Source of the DNA: a virus
Lineage: Duplodnaviria; Heunggongvirae; Uroviricota; Caudoviricetes
Reading direction: 5' to 3' (one strand)
Virus record (IMG/VR): IMGVR_UViG_2654587571_000017
DNA: 2,770 nucleotides
Positions 1-2,770 of this stretch are shown piece by piece. Within the stretch, counting starts at the first letter, position 1. Every line of letters begins with the position of its first letter. Both the position numbers and the translations under genes were made by a program. Below the pieces are notes generated by a model. It was given only the letters and a program-made list of their open reading frames with translations, was not told the DNA's origin and searched no databases.

Positions 1-106
1 AATATTAATCTTTAATCAATTTTTCACGACAATACTACTTTTATTGATAAAATTGCAACAAGTTGCTGTTGTTTTATTCTCTTTTGTACAAAAAGTGTCT
101 TTAACT

Positions 107-661
107 TTATTTATCCCCTGCAGGAAACCTCTTATACAAAGTTGACACACCAACATCATAGATAATCGCCACCTTCTGGCGAGGAACTCCTGATGCAATT
201 AATCGTCCGGCCTGTTCCCATTGTTCTGGTGTAAGTTTGGGACGACGTCCACCAATTCGTCCCTGTGCGCGAGCAGCTTCCAGTCCAGCTTTTGTTCTTT
301 CAACAATCAGTTCACGCTCCATTTCAGCCAGGGCACCCATCACATGAAAGAAAAAGCGCCCCATTGGGGTACTGGTATCAATTGAATCCGTCAGACTACG
401 AAAGTTGATGCCTCGTTCGCGCAACTCCTCCACCAGCACGACAAGATGCCGCATACTGCGCCCCAGCCGGTCCAGTTTCCAGACCACCAGCGTGTCACCT
501 GCCGATAATGTCCTGAGCAGTTTTTTCAGTCCCGGCCTTTCGGACTTTGTACCGCTTATCTTGTCTTCAAAAATCAGCTCACATCCTGCACAGTTCAGCG
601 CATTACGTTGTAGATCTGTGTTCTGGTCATTTGTTGATACGCGTACATAGCCAATAAGCAT
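107..661 (-). CDS. pin: Site-specific DNA invertase, serine recombinase of the Hin/Gin/Cin/Pin family (184 aa from the ATG at 659-661; the 196-aa ORF in the track starts 12 codons upstream at 697)
   Basis: Translation begins MLIGYVRVSTNDQNTDLQRNAL, the recalled N-terminal signature of the invertase family with the catalytic serine in the VRVST motif. Further recalled family blocks are present: DTLVVWKLDRLGRS, GINFRSLTDSIDTS, MGRFFFHVMGALAEMERELIVERT, GRIGGRRPKLT and a C-terminal helix-turn-helix ending VSTLYKRFPAGDK. A GGGGGA Shine-Dalgarno-like sequence sits 6 nt upstream of the ATG at 661 (minus-strand sense). The stop is TAA at 107-109 (reverse complement). Confidence 0.95.
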   Translation of the reverse strand: MLIGYVRVSTNDQNTDLQRNALNCAGCELIFEDKISGTKSERPGLKKLLRTLSAGDTLVVWKLDRLGRSMRHLVVLVEELRERGINFRSLTDSIDTSTPMGRFFFHVMGALAEMERELIVERTKAGLEAARAQGRIGGRRPKLTPEQWEQAGRLIASGVPRQKVAIIYDVGVSTLYKRFPAGDK

Positions 662-687
662 GGTAGATCCCCCTGACAAAAGCAGGA

Positions 688-1101
688 ATGATGCCATTTG
701 CTCGTTATTTCTGCATTTTCATAAACGTTGGTTTGGGAGAAGCGGCAAAACGGGATGTAGGGACAGGGGAAAATCAGATACCGGACATGGCCTCTTTTGC
801 CAGTGGTGATGGATGGATGAAATTACCCAACGGTAAAATTCTGCAATATGGTCGAGGCGAGGCTATGCCGAAATTATCGACGCAAACAATGAGGATTACA
901 TTTCCTATCCCTTTCCCTAAAAAAGCGGACTGCGCCATTCTTACCCATTCTGGTGATGGCGGTGCGCCTTTAGGCGCTGGGCGAGGGTTCGTGATGACTG
1001 CAGAAGGCCCTACGTTAACCGGCTTTAATTCTGCTTACAGAACGTCATCAACCAGTGACACGGTATCTATGCATTACAGTTGGTGGGCTGTTGGTGAGTA
1101 A
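688..1101 (+). CDS. Phage tail-fibre protein, C-terminal variable (receptor-binding) cassette; probably has no initiation codon of its own and is expressed only when fused to a constant N-terminal part by inversion. The functional coding part probably begins at the crossover core near 728-730; 688 is only the first in-frame ATG.
   Basis: The frame is open from 667 to the TAA at 1099-1101. The translation (SGDGWMKLPNGKILQYGRGEA...ITFPIPFP...SMHYSWWAVGE) resembles the recalled C-terminal domain shared by Mu S / P1 S / e14 StfE-type tail fibres (a KLPxGxIxQWG-like motif followed by a Gly/Ser/Thr-rich beta region). The ATG at 688 has no properly spaced Shine-Dalgarno sequence and lies in the invertase upstream region. 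The gene is followed 20 bp downstream by a tail-fibre assembly gene. Confidence 0.8.
   Translation: MMPFARYFCIFINVGLGEAAKRDVGTGENQIPDMASFASGDGWMKLPNGKILQYGRGEAMPKLSTQTMRITFPIPFPKKADCAILTHSGDGGAPLGAGRGFVMTAEGPTLTGFNSAYRTSSTSDTVSMHYSWWAVGE
716..741. other. Recombination crossover site for the DNA invertase (hix/gix/cix/pix-like, 12-bp half-site + 2-bp core + 12-bp half-site)
   Basis: Sequence TTTTCATAAACG-TT-GGTTTGGGAGAA. The left half-site matches the recalled consensus half-site TTATCNAAAACC at about 9 of 12 positions. The reverse complement of the right half-site (TTCTCCCAAACC) matches hix-type half-sites (TTCTTGAAAACC / TTATCCAAAACC) at about 10 of 12. It lies 55 bp upstream of the invertase start and inside the 5' end of the tail-fibre variable reading frame, which is where the gene-proximal crossover sites sit in Mu, P1 and e14. 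Confidence 0.7.
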
Positions 1102-1121
1102 TTTTATTCAGGGTGATTTAT

Positions 1122-2770
<1,649 letters not shown>

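Noticed and set aside
16-198. 60-aa minus-strand ORF overlapping the invertase 3' end
   Set aside because: It overlaps the invertase C-terminal coding region in another frame and extends into AT-rich non-coding DNA, with no motif support.
405-650. 81-aa plus-strand ORF (MMPRSRNSSTSTTRCRIL...)
   Set aside because: It lies entirely antisense within the well-supported invertase gene, is Ser/Thr/Arg-rich and low-complexity, and has no recognisable domain or ribosome-binding site. It is a frame artefact of the opposite-strand coding sequence.
695-697. Alternative invertase start at 697 (MASFLLLSGGST extension)
   Set aside because: Family members recalled (Pin/Gin/Cin) begin at MLIGY/MLIGYVRVST, and the ATG at 661 has a well-spaced G-rich Shine-Dalgarno sequence. 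The 12-codon extension is probably not translated, although it cannot be excluded without data.

Overview
The window covers the junction between a prophage-type site-specific inversion module and an insertion sequence, most likely from an enterobacterial (E. coli/Shigella-like) cryptic prophage. From left to right: (1) a short AT-rich region; (2) a minus-strand serine DNA invertase of the Hin/Gin/Cin/Pin family (107..661); (3) a 26-bp hix/gix/pix-like crossover site (716..741) about 55 bp upstream of the invertase start; (4) reading rightward from that site, a start-less C-terminal variable cassette of a phage tail fibre (to 1101) and a tail-fibre assembly gene (1122..1550); (5) an IS3-family, IS911-like insertion sequence beginning at about 1521, which cuts off the 3' end of the assembly gene and runs to the window edge. 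The IS carries orfA, orfB, an A-AAA-AAG -1 frameshift site and a left inverted repeat; its right inverted repeat is cut by the window edge. I did not find evidence for an undescribed system: everything is explained by a known class of phage host-range inversion switch (Mu G / P1 C / e14 P type) that has been disrupted by an IS. All homology statements rest on recalled protein families and motifs, not on a database search.
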